From Selaginella moellendorffii (taxonomy: Eukaryota; Plantae; Lycopodiophyta), in contig NW_003314309.1 of the NCBI RefSeq assembly GCF_000143415.4, positions 194,992-258,991 on the forward strand: DNA of 64,000 nucleotides, read 5' to 3'. Shown piece after piece: positions 60,780 through 64,000 of the stretch. The position numbers and the translations under genes are program-made. How positions within the stretch are numbered: position 1 is the first letter of the stretch; every line of letters starts with the position of its first letter. A model generated the notes under the pieces. That model made no database searches, was not told where the DNA came from, and saw only the letters and a list, made by a program, of their open reading frames with translations.

Positions 60780-63700
60780 TTAATGAATCTCACCTTGAAC
60801 CCGAGTTATGAATGCTCTTGCTGCATCTCTTGCATGGTCTGGCAAGGTGATGGTGGCACTCTGCTTCCGCATCCAACCATGCACAACATTATCCACCGAT
60901 ATGCTCATGCTGGGATCCCTTGGATTCAGCACCCATCTCTTTTCTAGGCAATCCTTTGTATATCCGGAACTTGGCTTGAACCACTCCACAGTTACATTGA
61001 AGGAGTTAGTTTCCGCGTCCTCCTCTGCATCAGTGATGCAGCGCCCCACCCATATCATTTGTTTTTTATTACTGGGTCTGACAAGCACGACCATTCCTTT
61101 GCAGACCTGTACTGGATTGAATGCTGAATCCGGCTTCTTGTTCCTCGGCCCACAATAGTGATCCTCAACATCGTTATCTGTCACTGCATTTCCAGAGGAC
61201 ATTGTTCCGCTACTATCTGGTGCTCTGGGTTCTGGCCAAAAGGACTCTTCCAATTCTTCATATACAACCGGCCCATTTTGGATAGCAGATATAATCTTCT
61301 CCCAGTATTCGAGCAAAGGCTTGCACCTCTGAAAATAGGATTCTCCACCAAACACCAACCCCCTCTTCCAGAAGGCAATATGCTGTCTAATCCCGGCCAC
61401 TATACTTTCCTGGTCTTTGAGTCCATCCGGGTGCATCGGCCGTGGGGAACCCTGAGGAATCATAGGTTCCCCAGTTATGGGATCTCTCTTGAAGAGTTCA
61501 ATGCCGTCCACTGGCAGCCACACTGTGTCCCATTCTCTCATCTTGTACCTCATCACTGGAGCACCGTCACACATGCTGAAATGAAACTGAAGAGGCTTGA
61601 GTGGCCAATCAGCGTTTCGGATCCATCCCTGATGTAGCCTCTTACAAACCCCTTAAAGTCTGGAACCTCTGTCAGAAGTGCAGCTTCAACAGTGCCTTTG
61701 ATGCAATTTTGGAATTCATCGTAGAGTTGTGGGAGGGTGAGGACATTGGATCGCCGGAGGGACTCTGCCAGGTGACTGAACATGGCATCGACGTCTTCAT
61801 GAGTGTGCCCAACCATGAGAAAGCCAAGTGTAACCGTTTCAAATATGCCTTTGGCAACAAGCATCGCCAAGTACGCGAAGACGTACATGTTTTTGTTCTC
61901 ACTGCCAGCATTGTCTGTTTGGAGCAGAAGATGGGGTGGAAGGCCACATCGGCCGCAAGAACTTCCTTGAGATTCTGCTTCGTTTGGATGAGGCTGTGCA
62001 TTCACCGGGCGACCAGCCTCGTCGGAATGGCATGAGGCCTCACGTGATAACCCTACAATCTGACGGCCAACATATTCACTGGGATGGCATGGGGCCCCAC
62101 GCGATACTGCAAGCCTTTGCTCCTCCTCCAGCTGAACCCTGTATGGGGTTCAATCGACAAGGGCCTTATGCAAGGGTTGGCCGTTCAGCTCAGTCTGTGC
62201 ACTTTGCAGAGACCTTAAGTGTTTTGCTAGGGACGCAATCATCATGTTTGCACCCCCGCCACCCCATAGAGGTACAAAGAAGTTCCCATAGTTCTGGGCA
62301 CCATGCCCATGAGCGATTATGCCAAACAGAGACACAGGCAGCTGCATGGATGAAGAGATTGCCTTGGGGGCAGGATTGAGTCGAGGTAAGCACGTCTTTT
62401 TCTGGTCCATTTTGTCGTGGATGATGCAGAGGTAAGAGTCAGGTCTCTCCATGGAGAGAATCCTGTTATGATAATATGCAGTCCTGCAGCTTCTCTGCTC
62501 GATGTTGTGGTCGAGCCGCCTTCTAACCAACGTCTCTCGCTCTTGAGCGCTGCAAGAATTCTTCGACAAAGCCATTTTGATAGCAGTGCACTCGTCACAC
62601 TTTGAAAAGCTGGAGTACTTTCCTATACTCACATCCCTGAACCTGTTGCTCCACAATCTACTAAATCTAGATTGGCTCAGCTTCCTGTAGCCATTACTCT
62701 GGAGTTCCCGATTCACATCTTCCAATATGGCCCCCTTGGTATACATGGAAGGGAGAACTCGTTGGGTGTCTCGTGTTCCATCTTCCAAGAGGCGGGTTTT
62801 ATGTGGTTGCTGCTCGCTACATGTCTCGACAAACCTCTTGAAGATTGCCTCTCCATATACAACATGACCCCTGGTTTTGTGCGTACCGTCGTTCCCATGG
62901 ACTGCCTGTTGAACCCTTTGTTCCTCGAACTCAGTTTTGATTCTGTAGAATGTGCTTCGAGGGACTCTATAAATGATTCTCCATGCCTTCATGCAGACCA
63001 AACCCCTCTGGAAGACCATGCCCCCCACCTGATGTTCTGAAGCATCAACAGATGACCGTAATGCCTCATACACAAAATTGCGAGCTGCCTTCCAGGACAA
63101 TGTCTTGTATCTTGCTCTCTCCTCTTCAATAGCATCCCAATCAGCATGTTGACAGCACCTCCTCTTGCAACAAGCAACTGTCGAGACCATTCGAACCTCC
63201 ATCGCCATTTTCTGCCTTTTCGGTTCGTTGCTCAGATCCCTTTGGCTGCGCTTTAGGAAGGTGTACTTTCTTTTCCCATGAAGAGATGTTCTGTCATCAG
63301 TTGTAGTGGTGTTTGATTGTGAATCCTTCACATTCTCAAACACTAAGTGCCTCAATTTCCACCGCACAATGCTTCCAATAGTCAGACTGTTTTCTTCTGT
63401 GTCAACAACCTCTAAAATCGCAACTCCAATATCATCCCAGCCCAATTCTTGATTAGCAACCGCATCTCTTGGATCGACAACTGTGGCTAAGCCCTCAGCT
63501 ACCACCTCCCCCTCGGGGTTGTTTAGAAACACTTTTGCCTGAATCCATGTAACACGGTTCTTAAGATCCACGGAGGGAACATGCGTCGCACTTGCGCTGT
63601 CCCCAACATCTGCTTTCTTCTGAAGATTTTTCAAGGCAACAACAACATTTACCCCGACGACCATCTCTCCTCGTTCAATAGCGACCACATTCCCATCGAA

Positions 63701-63847
63701 GACAGTCTCTACTGATACAGCAGCATTGCCTTCCCCAAGCCTTTCACAGTGTATAACAAAGTTCCGATCCATAGACACAAGGGTCCCTTTTGCAACTCTC
63801 TTCCCACCATTCAAAATGTAAACCTTTTCCCCAACCCTGAAGGCCAT
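60780..63847 (-). mobile_element. Sola-like DDD transposase pseudogene (~1020 codons; one in-frame stop, one frameshift)
   Basis: CCKRRCC, VCMKAW, FSKCDEC, IIHDKMDQ, LQTDNAGSENKN, FLMVGHTHEDVDAMFS. ORFs 62150-63847 and 61553-62005 are in frame across a TGA at 62150-62152; 1-bp deletion at ~61601. Superfamily assignment is from motif recall. Confidence 0.72.
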
Positions 63848-64000
63848 TCTGAAAGTGCAGAAAAGAAGTTAAGACCATACAAAAAATGATTGGAGAATGG
63901 CCTAAATCATAACATACCAAACAACCTCAATAGCATGAGGCCACATGCCATTATTCAAACATGCTATTGACACCCACGTGAAATTTCGCATTCACAAAAT

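Overview
Eukaryotic plant nuclear DNA. The 50-80 bp GT-AG introns, PLS-type PPR remnants and gene content best fit a lycophyte such as Selaginella; this is inferred, not proven. The window is a repeat-rich, partly duplicated region. Apparently intact genes: a 4-exon acetate kinase (47540-48961, assembled by hand and only partly visible in the ORF track), an LRR receptor-like protein (39554-41878), and a single-exon Gly/Pro/Asn-rich protein with a transit-peptide-like N-terminus and eight WPNPN(Y)K repeats (49332-51248). Damaged genes: a second acetate kinase, a second LRR-RLP with an expanded LRR array and a signal-peptide frameshift, two PPR pseudogenes, an MSH3 pseudogene and a Tic32-like SDR 3' fragment. 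Mobile DNA: several Ty3/gypsy families (one with 4-bp TSD and a tRNA-Ala-like PBS, confirmed by an empty paralogous site), nested and inverted LTRs, CACTA remnants, a non-autonomous hAT element with perfect TIR and TSD, a near-intact Sola-like DDD transposase, and three ~195-bp solo LTRs carrying the 5S rRNA internal Pol III promoter (Cassandra-like). The strongest candidates for novelty are the 5S-promoter LTRs, the WPNPNYK repeat protein, the fast-evolving RLP pair and the Sola-like element.
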